64,000 nt of DNA, taken from assembly GCF_006345805.1 (NCBI RefSeq), contig NC_043020.1:22878001-22942000 (forward strand). The letters are read 5' to 3'. The position numbers were made by a program, and so were the translations under genes. This DNA is from Octopus sinensis (lineage: Eukaryota). The notes under the pieces were generated by a model, which saw nothing but the letters and a program-made list of their open reading frames with translations, was not told the origin of the DNA and ran no database searches. Within the stretch, counting starts at the first letter, position 1. Every line of letters starts with the position of its first letter. Below are positions 1 to 12,681 of this stretch, piece by piece.

Positions 1-95
1 ACTGAACCCGGAACCATGTGGTTGGTAAGCAAGCTACTTACCACACAACCACTCCTGCGCTTGTAAATTTTCTTCATCTAAAATGGTCATATATT

Positions 96-154
96 GTCTC
101 TGACGATGGAATACCCAGTGCACGGACATACTAACCCAGAAACGGCTGCAAGAC
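96..154 (+). ncRNA. Degenerate minimal type-I hammerhead-like motif (family D)
   Basis: GTCT-CTGACGA-TGG...CCA-GAAA-C(ggct)G-CA-AGAC; stem I is GTCT/AGAC; the U of the cleavage triplet is C. Confidence 0.6.
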
Positions 155-685
155 TTCAAATTTACCTTACCCTAATTAAATTATTCTACATGGCTTGAGA
201 TACTCATTCTGCTTTGATTTTGCTTTTTCTTCGAATATATATATACCTGCTATAACAGAACCCTAACATGGATCCCTAGATCCAGCTTCAGCTGTGAACC
301 TGGAACCTAATAGATGACCAGCTGGAGCACTTACTCGGCATAACTATTTGCTTAGATCACAAGTGAACTAAACCCCTCATATTCTCTCTCTCTCTCTCTA
401 ATATATATATATATGTATGTATGTGAAGGCGTGTGGTTTAGCGGTTAGGATGTTGCATTCATGATCCACAGATCATGGGTTCAGTTCCCAGACCAGGTGA
501 CGCATTGTGTTCTTGACGTGTTCATTTCACGTTGCTCCAGTATCCGTTTCGATCAGTGGTGGGGAATGTTGGCCTGCTTGCCTCGGCATCAGGGTGGTGT
601 CATTTGAAGGCTAAAATGATGCAAAGTGCATTGTGACCAGTGATGTATAACATCTGATAATCTGGTCTGTCACATGGGTGTGTGT

Positions 686-736
<51 letters not shown>

Positions 737-1170
737 ATATATGTATAACCAGCTGAAACTGCAAAGATAACCTGGAGCTTGACTGACGAAAGAAAACTCT
801 GAATGACCCGTACTTGTTTTTTGTTGTCCCTTTTTTGTATCATCTAACTGTCTGGATGTTTTGCTTTCTTGTTCCATTTTGGGTATTCTTTCAGATATAT
901 ATATATGAGGAAAAAATCTATCAGAAAGTAACTCTATCTCTCTTAAAAAAACATCTTTTGATAAGCATAACAAATGCGCAACCGGTAAAAAGAATTTTCA
1001 CCTAATTAAATTACTTAAATTATTTTGTCAGCATTTTCTTCATTTCCTTTTTTATATATCACAACTCGTGTTCCACATCTCCTTTTTTAAATATATATAT
1101 ATATATATATATATGATAGATCGGTAGCCACTACACACATTTTTTTTTCTCCTTGTTTTTTTCTGTGTCC

Positions 1171-1206
1171 CTTTCTGTAGAAGAGCGTTGGCTCGAAATG
1201 TAAAAG
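1171..1206 (+). ncRNA. Minimal hammerhead-like motif (family A1) within a Penelope-like terminal repeat (~1140-1295)
   Basis: CTTT-CTGTAGA-A-GAGC(gttg)GCTC-GAAA-TG-TA-AAAG. Confidence 0.5.
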
Positions 1207-1296
1207 ACTTTTTCTATTCCTGAGCGTTATACTAATACATATGTTTGTTTTGTACACCACCTGTCTTCGTCTTGTTTTTTTTTCGTGAATTCTCCC

Positions 1297-1356
<60 letters not shown>

Positions 1357-1920
1357 CGCATATACACATACATATTGGATTCTCTTGTTAGATGATGGAT
1401 GAAGGTACTGCAGTTTCTGGCTGCACAACTAGCACAAATGGTTTGTTCATAGCTGGGTTTCTGAACCATTTTTTTTACTTATGGACCCCATTGATTGCTA
1501 ATTTAACCTGGTGGGCCCCCATAGCAATTCGATGCTTAAAAACTAGTTTCATAGAAACCACATTCAAAATCCCTATTTTGTTTTTCACACCTTAACTTTG
1601 TAGGTTGAACTCTGTAAAATGTTAGAGAAAGAAACCAAGCTGTTTCTTGCAATGCATACCATGCATATATCTGAAATATATTTTTTCAAGGGCCTCAAAA
1701 ATTTCTATCGTGGATCCCCAATTTACCGTTTCATTGTGTGGATCCCTAAAAATCTTACGTGGAGCCTCAGAAGCCATATGGAACCTGGTTGAGCACCTTT
1801 GGTTTATAGTGATCAAAGGTTTTGAGTTGCACATCAGCTCACTTCTTTGCTGCCTGTATGGGTGTGTGAGTGTGCCACGGGTCAGATGTTGAAGTGATCT
1901 CAGAGCAAAGTAAAATGAAG

Positions 1921-2114
1921 TCTTTTACTCTTTTACTTGTTTCAGTCATTTGACTGCGGCCATGTTGGAGCACCGCCTTTAGTCGAGCAAATCGACCCCA
2001 GGACTTATTCTTGGTAAGCCTAGTACTTATTCTATCGGTCTCTTTTGCCAAACTGCTAAGTTACGGGGATGTAAACACACCACCATCAGTTGTCAAGCGA
2101 TGTTGGGGGGACAA

Positions 2115-2145
<31 letters not shown>

Positions 2146-2315
2146 CATACGACAGGCTTCTTTCAGTTTCCGTCTACCAAATCCACTCACAAGGCATTGG
2201 TTGGCCCGGGGCTATAGTAGAAGACACTTGCCCAAGGTGCCACGCAGTGGGACTGAACCCGGAACCATGTGGTTGGTAAACAAGCTACTTACCACACAGC
2301 CGCTCCTGCGCCTAT
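1921..2315 (-). mobile_element. tRNA-derived SINE family 1 (~400 bp)
   Basis: Head AGGCGCAGGAG-TGGCTGTGTGG...GGTTCAGTCCC, central microsatellite, GTAAAAGA tandem tail. Confidence 0.85.
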
Positions 2316-3137
2316 AGTGTTTTGCTTGAGAACACAACACACTGCCTGGTCTGAGAATTGAAACCACAATCTCACGATATGTGTGTATGTGTCTGTGTTT
2401 GTCACTCTTACCGCTTGACAACCAGTGTTGCTTTGCTTGCATCCCTCTAACCTGACAGCTCAGCAAAAGAGAGTAGTTGAGTATTACCGACTTGGAAAAA
2501 AAATCAAAATACTAAGATTGATTTGTTTGACTAAAATACCTTTCCGCATGGCTGCAGTTCAGTGACTGAGATAAAAGATAAACCGGAAAAGATAATCAAT
2601 CACATTGATTTCTCATGATTATATTTGGATCAGTCTTTTATCTTTAGTGTTGGCCAGAAATCCTTTGAGCCATAAAATATCGTCATCATACATGTTTTCT
2701 GTGCTTGCATGGATGGATTGGCTGGTTTGACTGGAATTGGCTAGGCAGATGACCACACAAGTTTTTACTGTCTGTTTTGGTCAAGGTTTTCTTATGGCTG
2801 AGTGCCCTTCCTCACACCAACTACCTTACAGAGTGGACTCTTTAAAAAAACCCAAAAACTTAAGGCCATCTGTGCTCCATTGTTCATGCTATATTACATT
2901 AGCACTTTAGCATTTAAACCGACCACATTTGGTCAAAGTGTTCTGTGTTTTATATTCAAACTGACCAGGTCCAGCGTCTCACTCCTACCCTATGATGCGT
3001 ATTTTTGGGATCACCACTATTTTATTATCTCCCCTTCTTCCTAGCTCTTCTGTGTGATCCCTGTCTGGCATTCACCATGATAGATTGCTCGCCACTATAC
3101 ATTCTTTATTTTCTCGCCTTGTTTCTTTCCGTGTTCA

Positions 3138-3172
3138 TTTCTGTGGAAGAGTGTAGGCTCGAAACGTTAAAG
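3138..3172 (+). ncRNA. Minimal hammerhead-like motif (family A1), second copy (repeat ~3100-3262)
   Basis: TTT-CTGTGGA-A-GAGT(gtag)GCTC-GAAA-CG-TT-AAAG. Confidence 0.5.
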
Positions 3173-3279
3173 ACTTTTTCAATTCTTGAGCATTAAACTA
3201 ATACATCTGTTTGTTGTCTACACCACCTATCTTCGTCTTATGCTTTTTTGTGAATTCTCCCTATGTATATATATGTATG

Positions 3280-3332
<53 letters not shown>

Positions 3333-5651
3333 GTATATATATATATATATAAATAAATATATGTTTTTGTATGTGTTTATATGTCTGTATATATATGTGT
3401 GTACATATAGCATGTATACATGTATATATTTATATGTGTGTGTATATATATGTATATGCATATATATGTATGTATATATATATATATATGCATATGTATA
3501 TGTCTGTACTGATGTTTGTATATATGTACATATATATGATGTATATATGTTTATGTATGTATGCATATATGTATATAGATATATACACATGCATATAGTC
3601 ACAAATGTAATCACATATATATATATACAGAGAGAGAGAGAGAGATTGAAGGTAATATCTTTATATCTAATTGCAGTAACTCTATATTCGTATATTAGTG
3701 GAATCTAGACTTTGTATCGTTAATTAGTGATAAACAATCATTAAAAGCATTGCATGTCATGATGGACGATTAACACCAGATTCTCCATGCGTGTTTGTGG
3801 TTGAGGAATCTATTCCATCACAGTGTCTCACCATTTTGCTGGGGGATGTGTGTGTGTGTTGGTGTGTGTGCATATATGTTTAAATGCATGCGTGTGCGTT
3901 TGTCTATCTTTTATCTTCTGTTTTTTTTTTTTCCAGTGATTAGTCTGTGCCATGCTGGCCCACCACCTTGAATTTTAGTTGAGCACATTGACCCCAGATC
4001 TTATCATCATGTGTTTTAAATCTGGGTTTTGTCCCCGTTAACGGGGGGTGGCCAGATCTACCTCGATGCCATAGCAACCGAGGTAGGCAGGTGCTCCCCA
4101 TCCCAACTTTAGGACTGGATGGTGCCCATTCTCCTTTGCTATCATGAGGGTCTTTTGAAGCTGGATTTTCTTTGGGGATCATGCCCTTGCTTACCCCCAA
4201 CCTCGGTTTCTAGACGTGAGTGGTCCCGTGACTAAGCCCTCTGCCATGATTTTTAAAGAATGTGGTGGAAAACTAGCCTGATACTTATATTGGTCGTTTT
4301 GTTGAACTGCTAAGTTACAGGTCTCTAAACACCAATACTAGTTGTTCGGCAGGGGATGGGAGACACATACATACACACAATGGGCTTCTTTCAGTTTCTT
4401 ATTTCTTTATTGCCCACAAGGGGCTAAACATAGAGGGGACAAATAAGGACAGACAAATGGATTAAGTCGATTATATCGACCCCAGTGCGTAACTGGTACT
4501 TAATTTATCGACCCCGAAAGGATGAAAGGTTATGTCGACCTCGGCGGAATTTGAACTCAGAACATAAAGACAGATGGAATACCGCTAAGCTTTTCGTCCT
4601 GTGTGCTAACATTTCTGCCAGCTCACCACCTTCTTCAGTTTCTGTCAGTTTTTGTCTACCAAATCCACTCACAAAGCAATAGTAGCAGACCCTTGCCTAG
4701 AGTACCATGCCCTGGGACTGAACCCCAAACCATGTGGTTAGGAATAAATCTTGCCTCACAGCCATGCCTGATCCTATTTATTAATCATTATTTGGAGCTG
4801 ATGATCTCATAGAAAAATTGTCTATCATGGTCCTTCATCTCACCACATTTCATGACCCTTCGTCTTGCCAACCATAATGATCCTTCAGCTTGTCATCCAC
4901 CATGCCCTTTCACCAGTCATTTGTGCCACTAACCATTGTCGTCCTTGTACTCATCACCTCTTTTGGTTCCTTCACCATGCCACCAACATTTAGCAGTCCT
5001 TTGGCTGGTCACCCATTGTGGCCCTTCATTTCACCATCAACCACAGTCGGTCACGCCGTTACCCATTGCAATCCATTGTCTTAGCGTCTGTCACAGCCCT
5101 TCATCTTCTGGCATACATACCCTTGTTATTTTTTGTGCTGTTTTCACAGACCTATTGAAGATGAGAATTGGGTGTGTTTTATCAATGCTGTACATTTACT
5201 CACACATCTATACCTACATATATCTATACATATACACACACACTCACATAGCTATTCATACGTGTGCTTCGTAAAAAGTACCAGGGCTGGTGCCACTTAG
5301 AAGGCACCCAATACAACCTGTTAAATGGTTAGTATTAGGAAGGCTGTCCAGCTGTAGAAAACCTTGCCAAAACAGACAGTGGACCCTGGTGTGGCATCCA
5401 GTCTTGCCAGCCCCTGTCAATCTGTTCAACTCATGCCAGCATTAAATATTGTTGATGATATATATATATCTATTCATATATATATAGGCGCAGGAGTCGC
5501 TGTGTGGTAAGTAGCTTGCTTACCAACCACATGGTTCCGGGTTCAGTCCCATTGTGTGGCACCATGGGCAAGTGTCTTCTACTGTAGCTTCGGGCTGACC
5601 AAAGCCTTGTGAGTGGATTTGGTAGACGGAGACTGAAAAGAAGCACGTCTA

Positions 5652-5694
<43 letters not shown>

Positions 5695-7419
5695 GTGTGT
5701 GTGTGTTTGCGTGTCTGTGCTTGTTCCCCCAGCATCGCTTGAGAACCGATACTGGTGTGTTTACGTCTCCATAACTTAGTGGTTAAAATAAGTACTAAGG
5801 GTGATGCTCCAGCATGGCCGCAGTCAAATGGCTGAAACAAGTAAAAGAGTAAAGAGTATATATATATATATATATACACACACACATCTATACATACATA
5901 CACTCACATGCATGTCTATACCTATATACAAGTATATACACCTACACATATATACAGAACTGTTTCACAGATATATAGTAAGTACGGGGTTTTCAAATAG
6001 TCTCTCCGCAGTATAAATATAAGACAGTATAAGAGTACAAAGGAATATAATAGACTCTACAAGACTTAAAAAAAAATTCACTGCAGAAAGACTTTTTGAA
6101 CACCCTCTACTTACACATGTTGGTTTGGCCAATATGAGGTCAGCTTTTAATAGGAGCAGGCTATAGACAGACATATATGCCAATATTTTCTGTGTGGTTT
6201 CTTGTAGCAGCTAGATGGCATTTACCATCATCATGCTTATCACGACCATAATCATCATTATCATTAAGTAGTACAGTGAAAGATACTAGTTGCTAAAAAT
6301 AACCACCTTATGTATGACTATCTCTTGTGGGCTGTGTTGATATCACCGTGTCCTGGTCAAAAACCAAACGAAGAACGGTTCCTAATTGCCATCAGAAAGT
6401 CATTGTTTAGTAAACAGGAATTTAATTATAATCCAATTATAATGATATCCTTGTTAACACTGCATCATTTCCTTGTTTTTTTGCTGACGATATAACAACA
6501 CAAATAACTACTTTGTACAGAATCAGTCACAAGAACCTCTTTGTGGTATCTTTACTCTCTTTTAACTCTTGCTTGTCTCTGTCGTTTGAGTGTGGCCAAG
6601 CTGGAGCATTGCCTTGTCGAAGAATTCGACTCCAGGTCTTATATTTAGGCAAGTATTTATTCTTATTTCTTTCTTGCCCACAAGGGGCTAAGCATAGAGG
6701 GACAAACAGATTGTCAATTACATTGACCCCAGTGTGTAACTTAATTTATCGACCTCAAAAGGATGAAAGGCAAAGTCAACCTTGGCTGAATTGTTAGTGT
6801 GCCAGGCAACGTAAACGTAATGATAATAATAAGAGCACTCGGAGAGCGCAAACCTCTGCCAAGATAACACCAGCCTGAGGCTATAGTAGAAGACACTTGC
6901 CCAAGGTGCCACGCAGTGAGACTGAACCTGGCACCATGTGGTTGGGTAGTAAGCTACTTACCACACATCCACTCCTATGCCTAGGGAAAATGGGAAAATA
7001 GTCCAAAATCCTTGTCCGGTACCTGATTGATCCTAATGGTAGTCATGGAATGTGAGGGTGGCTGTAGAAAATTTAGTAACAGTAATAAATATTTTATCTT
7101 AATCTAATATAAGCCAAAGTTCATAAATTCACCATTCAAAATAGTTTCAAAGGTGGAAGTAATAGTAATAATAAGTTCTGCTCAGGAATTTTTAAATGAA
7201 TAACGTGAAATCTTTTGGTTTTCTTTTATCTTAAATTCTGGCTTTCTTTTAGTATTCCTGTTGTTTTAAATCGATGTATAGATATATATATATATATATA
7301 TGTAAGTAAAGCGTTAATATGTATGTATGTATGTATAATGGTACTTATTCTGAACGGTTTTGTTGCTGTTTGTGTAGTTTGATTTCTTTATCCATCAGTT
7401 TCTACTAAGATAGTGATAC

Positions 7420-7712
7420 AAGTGAAATTAATAATAGAGAAACGAAAATAAATTTTGGGAGATAATTGAGAAAGACTTGAAAGTAAACATAAGATCGTAA
7501 TCATGTAAAGTAAAGCAAATATTACAAATAATCCAGAGTCCTTGTCCGGTACCAGATCGATCCCAAAATCTAATCAGTTTGTGCCAGTTATGAGGCCAAA
7601 CATCCCTGAAAGTTTCATTTGAATCCATCCAGCAGTTCTTGAGATATCTTGTCTACGGACCAACAAACACGACTGGAAACAATACCTCTGGCTTTGCTAA
7701 ATCGGAGGTAAT
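7420..7712 (+). mobile_element. Helentron/DINE-like non-autonomous element (tentative)
   Basis: 3' AAACAATACCTC...GAGGTAAT stem-loop (7684-7709); an internal segment is repeated at ~7000-7040. Confidence 0.35.
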
Positions 7713-9559
7713 AGTCCTTTCTACTGGAAGCACAAGGCCTCAAATTTGGGGGAAGGGATTAAGACAATTACATTGACCCCAGTGCGAAACTGGTACTTAC
7801 TTTATCGACCCCGAAAGGATGAAAGGCAAATTCGACCTTGGTGGAATTTGAACTCGGGATGTATCGATGGGCGAAATACCATTAAGCATTTCGTCCAGTC
7901 TGCTAATGATTCTGCCTGCTTGCCACCTTGATAATAATAATAACTTGTTCGTTTTTTTGGCCACAAGGGCTAACAAAAGTCAATTAAAACATAAAGGGAC
8001 AAAACACAGGACGAAAGTTACAAAGGGTTTTGTCCGTTTGAAAAAGTCCGTGAACAAAAGCAGGATGACAACGAAATATAAGTAGTAATAATAATATAGC
8101 CATAGAAATATATCTGGAATTGGTAAAACACTGTCCTGTTTAACCCCGGGTCGGTCTGGATCCACTAACGCTATGATCAGAGATGTTCCTGATGTGGCCA
8201 TCATTGAGCAGCAGACATGGACTGATTGCAACAGATTGGACTCTGCAAAAGAAACTCAAGTGCCAGATGTTGGCTGTGTTGATTTGTGTAACAGATTAGC
8301 ACTCAAGCAAATATGCCACCCCCGATATATGTGTGTCTGTGGGGGGGGGGGTGATAGATTGATCATTCCAGTAACAGAACAAACAATACACTATACATCT
8401 CTAACATGTGCGTTTACAAAGCAAATTGTTATTTCGCATGTTTTAGGTACGATTGTCACAGGTCAAGTTGAGGACTCTAAGAATTCTGCCAAGCTTGCTT
8501 ACGAACCACATGGTTCCGGGTTCAGTCCCACTGCGTGGCACCTTGGGCAGGTATCTTCTACTATAGCCTCGGGCTGACTAAAGCCTTGTGAGTGGATTTG
8601 GTAGACAGAAACTGAAAGAAGCCTGTCGTATATATGTATGTGTGTGTCTGTGTTTGTCTCCCCAACATTGCTTGACAACCGATGCTGGTGTGTTTACATC
8701 CCCTGTAACTTAGTGGTTTGGCAAAAAATACCGGCAGAATAAGTACTAGGCTTACAAAGAATAAGTCCTGGGGTCGATTTGCTCGACTAAAGGTGGTGCT
8801 CCAGCATGGCCACAGTCACATGACTGAAACAAGTAAAAGAGTAGAGATGAATGTGATCGTTACCAGCATTGCCTTACTGCCACGTGTGCCGGTTGCACAT
8901 GAAACAACGTTCGGGCGAGGTCATTTCCAGTGCCGCTGGACTGGCACCTGTGCAGGTGGCATGTAAAAAACGCCATTTGAGTGTGGCTGTTGTCAGTACC
9001 GCCTGACTGGCACCTGTGCCGGTGGCACATAAAAGCACCCACTACACTCTCGGAGTGGTTGGCGTTAGGAAGGGCAACCAGCTGTAGAAATTCTGCCAGA
9101 TCAAGATTGAAGCCTGGTGCAGCCATCTGGTTCGCCAGTCCCCAGTCAAACCGTCCAACCCATGCTAGCATGGAAAGCGGATGTTAAGTAATGATGATGA
9201 TGATGATTTGCCTTAGTCTTATTTGTATATTTGTATATTTGTAAGATTTTTTTTTTACTATAAATACAAACCCTTATAATGTACTAATGCACTTACATTA
9301 TAAATGCTTCTTGTTCACCCCTCTTCCTCAATCTCTCTATTTCCTCTCCCAACGCCACCTCTCTTATTCTCCTACTCTCCTTCCCTCCCACACTTCATAA
9401 ACTCTTCTCTACTACATCACCTGATATCGTTAATTTTACTCCAATAATTTAATTAGTTCCACAGAAAAGGACAAACAGCCAGAATCTATATCATCATCTC
9501 TGTGTATTTGATAAAGCTGGTCTCATTCCTGTAATCAATACAGATGCCCTTATACTCTG

Positions 9560-10520
9560 GCAGTTATGAACGACACTCCTGTATCCTGTAGAAGTGATAC
9601 TCATGTAATTTATTGATATGCTACTCCTGTAATGTGTAGATGTGTTATTCCCATATTTTGCAGATATTCCTGTGATCTGTAGCTATGATACTCCTGTAGT
9701 CTGCAGATGTGATAATTCTATGATCTGCAGATGTGATACTTGTGGTCTGCCAATGTAATACTCTCGTAGTCTGTGTGTGTGATACTCTTGTATTCTGTGA
9801 ATGTGATACTCTTGAACTCTGCAGATGTAACACTCGTGTACACTGCAGATGTGGCACTCCTGTACTCTGCAGACATGACACTCGTGTACTCTGCAGACGT
9901 GACACTTGTGTACTCTGCATGTGCGACATTCCTGTACTCTGCAGACGCGACACTCCTGTACTCTGCAGGCACAGCACTCCTGTACTCTGCAGGCGCGACA
10001 CTCCTGTACTCTGCAGGTGCGACACTCCTGTACTCTGCAGATGTGACACTCCTGTACTCTGCAGACATGACACTCGTGTACTCTGCAGACGCGACACTCC
10101 TGTACGCTGTAGGCACGACACTCCTGTACTCTGCAGGCGCGACACTCCTGTACTCTGCAGACATGTCACTCCTGTACTCTGCAGGTGCGACACTCTTGTA
10201 CACTGCAGGTGCAACACTCCTGTACACTGCAGGTGCGACACTCCTGTACCCTGCAGGTGTGACACTCCTGTATTCTGCAGGTGTGACACTCCTGTACTCT
10301 GCAGGTGTGACACTCCTGTACTCTGCAGATGTAACATTCATGTACTCTGCAGATGCGACACTCCTGTACTCTGCAGACGTGACATTCATGTACTCTGCAG
10401 ATGCGACACTCCTGTACTCTGCAGATGTGACACTCCTGTACTCTGCAGATGTGACACTCATGTACTCTGCAGACATGTCACTCCTGTACTCTGCTGATCT
10501 GAAGCTCCTGTAATCTATAA
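9560..10520. repeat. 24-bp minisatellite (GCAGATGTGACACTCCTGTACTCT)n
   Basis: Homogeneous core with degenerate edges; produces the 230-254 aa repeat ORFs in four frames. Confidence 0.95.
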
Positions 10521-11010
10521 ATATGATACTTTTGTCATGTAATTGGTTCTACCATCCAAATTGAAGCAGCAAAATCTTATATTACAGTGAAGTGCACTTG
10601 ATGTTGTAGATCTGTCATCCGGAGAAATACTCGTTCTCTATAGAGATACACCCTGTAATACAATTAGTTCTACATTAAAAGACAAGTATAATCTATCTGT
10701 ATACGATAGTCTCATTATTATGTGTGTTGTTAAGTGTTGTCCTCTGAATAACACGACCACATCTGCTGAAAATTGGCTCCTCACCTTGTACACACAGTAG
10801 TTTATTTGGTAGATGGAAACTGCAAGAAGCCTATCGTGTGTGTGTGTGTGTGTGTGTGGAGTGACTCTCCTTTGCCTTGACATCGTACAATCATTGTAAA
10901 TGAGTATCACTGGTATACAAGCGGTGTCTCTCAGTTCCAATCTTCCATGAAAACATGTCTGGTCATGGGGAATATTGCCTCAATTAGTAATAGGTGAGGG
11001 TCCCCAAAAA

Positions 11011-11372
11011 TCCATCCCCTCCTCACCGTGGTGGGGACGCTGGCAACGGGTAGTGTCAGAGCTATGCCGTCGGGAACTTCGGTTCCTGGTAGGGCCACCC
11101 AATGCGGATTTATCTGACACCGAGTGATATTAGGACCACAACCCGGCTCTGGTGAAAATCCTCAGAGTGTCTGTTTCGGCAACCGGCGGCTCCTCGGTCG
11201 TTCTGTCCCTGCGTCTGCGGACAATCTGCGGCAAACAGGATGTCTCTACATGCGGGACTGTTGGGGACCGCTTGTGAAATCCACATATTCCCATGAAACT
11301 TCTTCCAGGCCTCGAGGGTGGTGGAAGAAGCCGACTCAACCAGCCCAGGGTGAATGTCACCACAAGTAAGTA
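11011..11372 (-). mobile_element. ~370-bp GC-rich element resembling an RTE 5' UTR (3 copies)
   Basis: CCCTACCAGGA...GGCATAGCTC...CCACCACGGTGAGG motif; copies at 54090-54455(-) and 63040-63403(+). Family assignment is from recalled similarity only. Confidence 0.55.
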
Positions 11373-11572
11373 AGGTGAAGGTTGGCAGCAGGAAGAGCAT
11401 CCGGCTCTTTTCATATTATTGCAAATAGGTTATACAATCCCCTCCTTGTACATTATCGAAAGTATCCTCTCTTCTTATACACTGACCTCATTATACATGA
11501 TAAGCTATATATTTATCTCCAACTATTGACAAGACACACCCCCCTCATTGTATATACCATAGATTATACAGT

Positions 11573-11910
11573 GAAGGCACATGGCTCGGTGGTTAGAGCA
11601 TCCAGCTCGTTATCATGAAGTAATGAGTTCAATTCCTGGACCGGGCTGTGTGTTGTGTTCTTGAGCAAGATGCTTTCTTTCACCTTTCTCCAGTTCACTC
11701 AGCTGTAGAAATGAGTTGTGACGTCACTGGTTCCAAGCTGTATTGGCCCCTTTGCCTTTCCCTTGGATAACATCAGTGGCTTGGAGAGAAGACGCTGGTA
11801 TGCATGGGCAACTGCTGGTCTTCCATAAACAACCTTGCCTGGACTTGTGCCCCGGAGGGGAACTTTGTAGGTTCAATCCCATTGTCATTCAAGACTGAAG
11901 GGAAGTCTTT
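11573..11910 (+). mobile_element. tRNA-derived SINE family 4
   Basis: TGGCTCGGTGG...GTTCAATTCC head. Related copies at ~424-680, 53225-53450 and 57895-58185. Confidence 0.7.
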
Positions 11911-11970
11911 ACTATTTCGCCCTAGAGTATACACACCTCTTCTACATGATTGACTCTACACAATTCATTA

Positions 11971-12359
11971 TCTATTTATATAAAGCTGAAGTTGTCTGTG
12001 TGTGTGGCTGGCTTGGTCACCTTCAACTAACACTATCTCCTCCGAGACCCTGTGGCGCAAGTTGACCAAAATTGAGAGTATGATAGAAGAAGGCTTGCTC
12101 TTCATTCCCTAGAAGATAAGATTCAAATCGGACTATGTTAAGACCAAAAATTATTTAGATTAAAAAGATGCTTTTTTTCTATGAAAATCCCTATTTTTTA
12201 CGATTTTTTGACTGCTGTGTCGCCATATTTGGTGTATTTCAACCAGAAAAATGTTCACTTAGAGAATAACAAGCTACATAATGCAAAATTTTTACATTTC
12301 AAAAATTCCAATTCTAAAGGGTTGAAACAAACCCGAGCAATGCTGGGTGATACTGCTTG
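11971..12359 (+). mobile_element. Non-autonomous Helitron-like element
   Basis: 5' A|TCTATTTATATAAAG; 3' hairpin CCCGAGC-AAT-GCTGGG (12332-12347) followed by CTTG|T (CTAG variant). Confidence 0.65.
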
Positions 12360-12398
12360 TACATGATAAAGTATACATTTTCCTCACATACTATAGAT

Positions 12399-12681
12399 CA
12401 GTAGTCCCCAAATTAGGTGGCACTGCCCCCATTGGTGGGGATACAGTGGAAAGATTCATTTTGACATTGAGGAAAAGTTGGGTGATAATGGGGTGACCAA
12501 AAGGGGTCACTGGGTGTTAAAAAAAACCCAACTAAATAATGAGTTAATTAGGTTTTTTTTATTTGTGAAATACTGTTGTTTTAAATTTGCTTCAGAACTT
12601 GGTGGTCAGGGGTGGGGAAATGCTAAGAATATGGTCTGGGTATCAAAAGGGTGGCAACCCGAAATTGTTTAGGTAACACTG
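12399..12681. mobile_element. hAT (Charlie-like) MITE
   Basis: Ends CAGTAGTCCCCAAA...TTTAGGTAACACTG; 8-bp flanks CTATAGAT / CTAGAGAC. Confidence 0.5.

Noticed and set aside
11150-11205. CCGAGGA...GAAA-CAGA(cac)TCTG in the RTE-like element
   Set aside because: Stem II is only 2 bp, there is no U at 16.1, and the motif is not conserved in the 63 kb copy.
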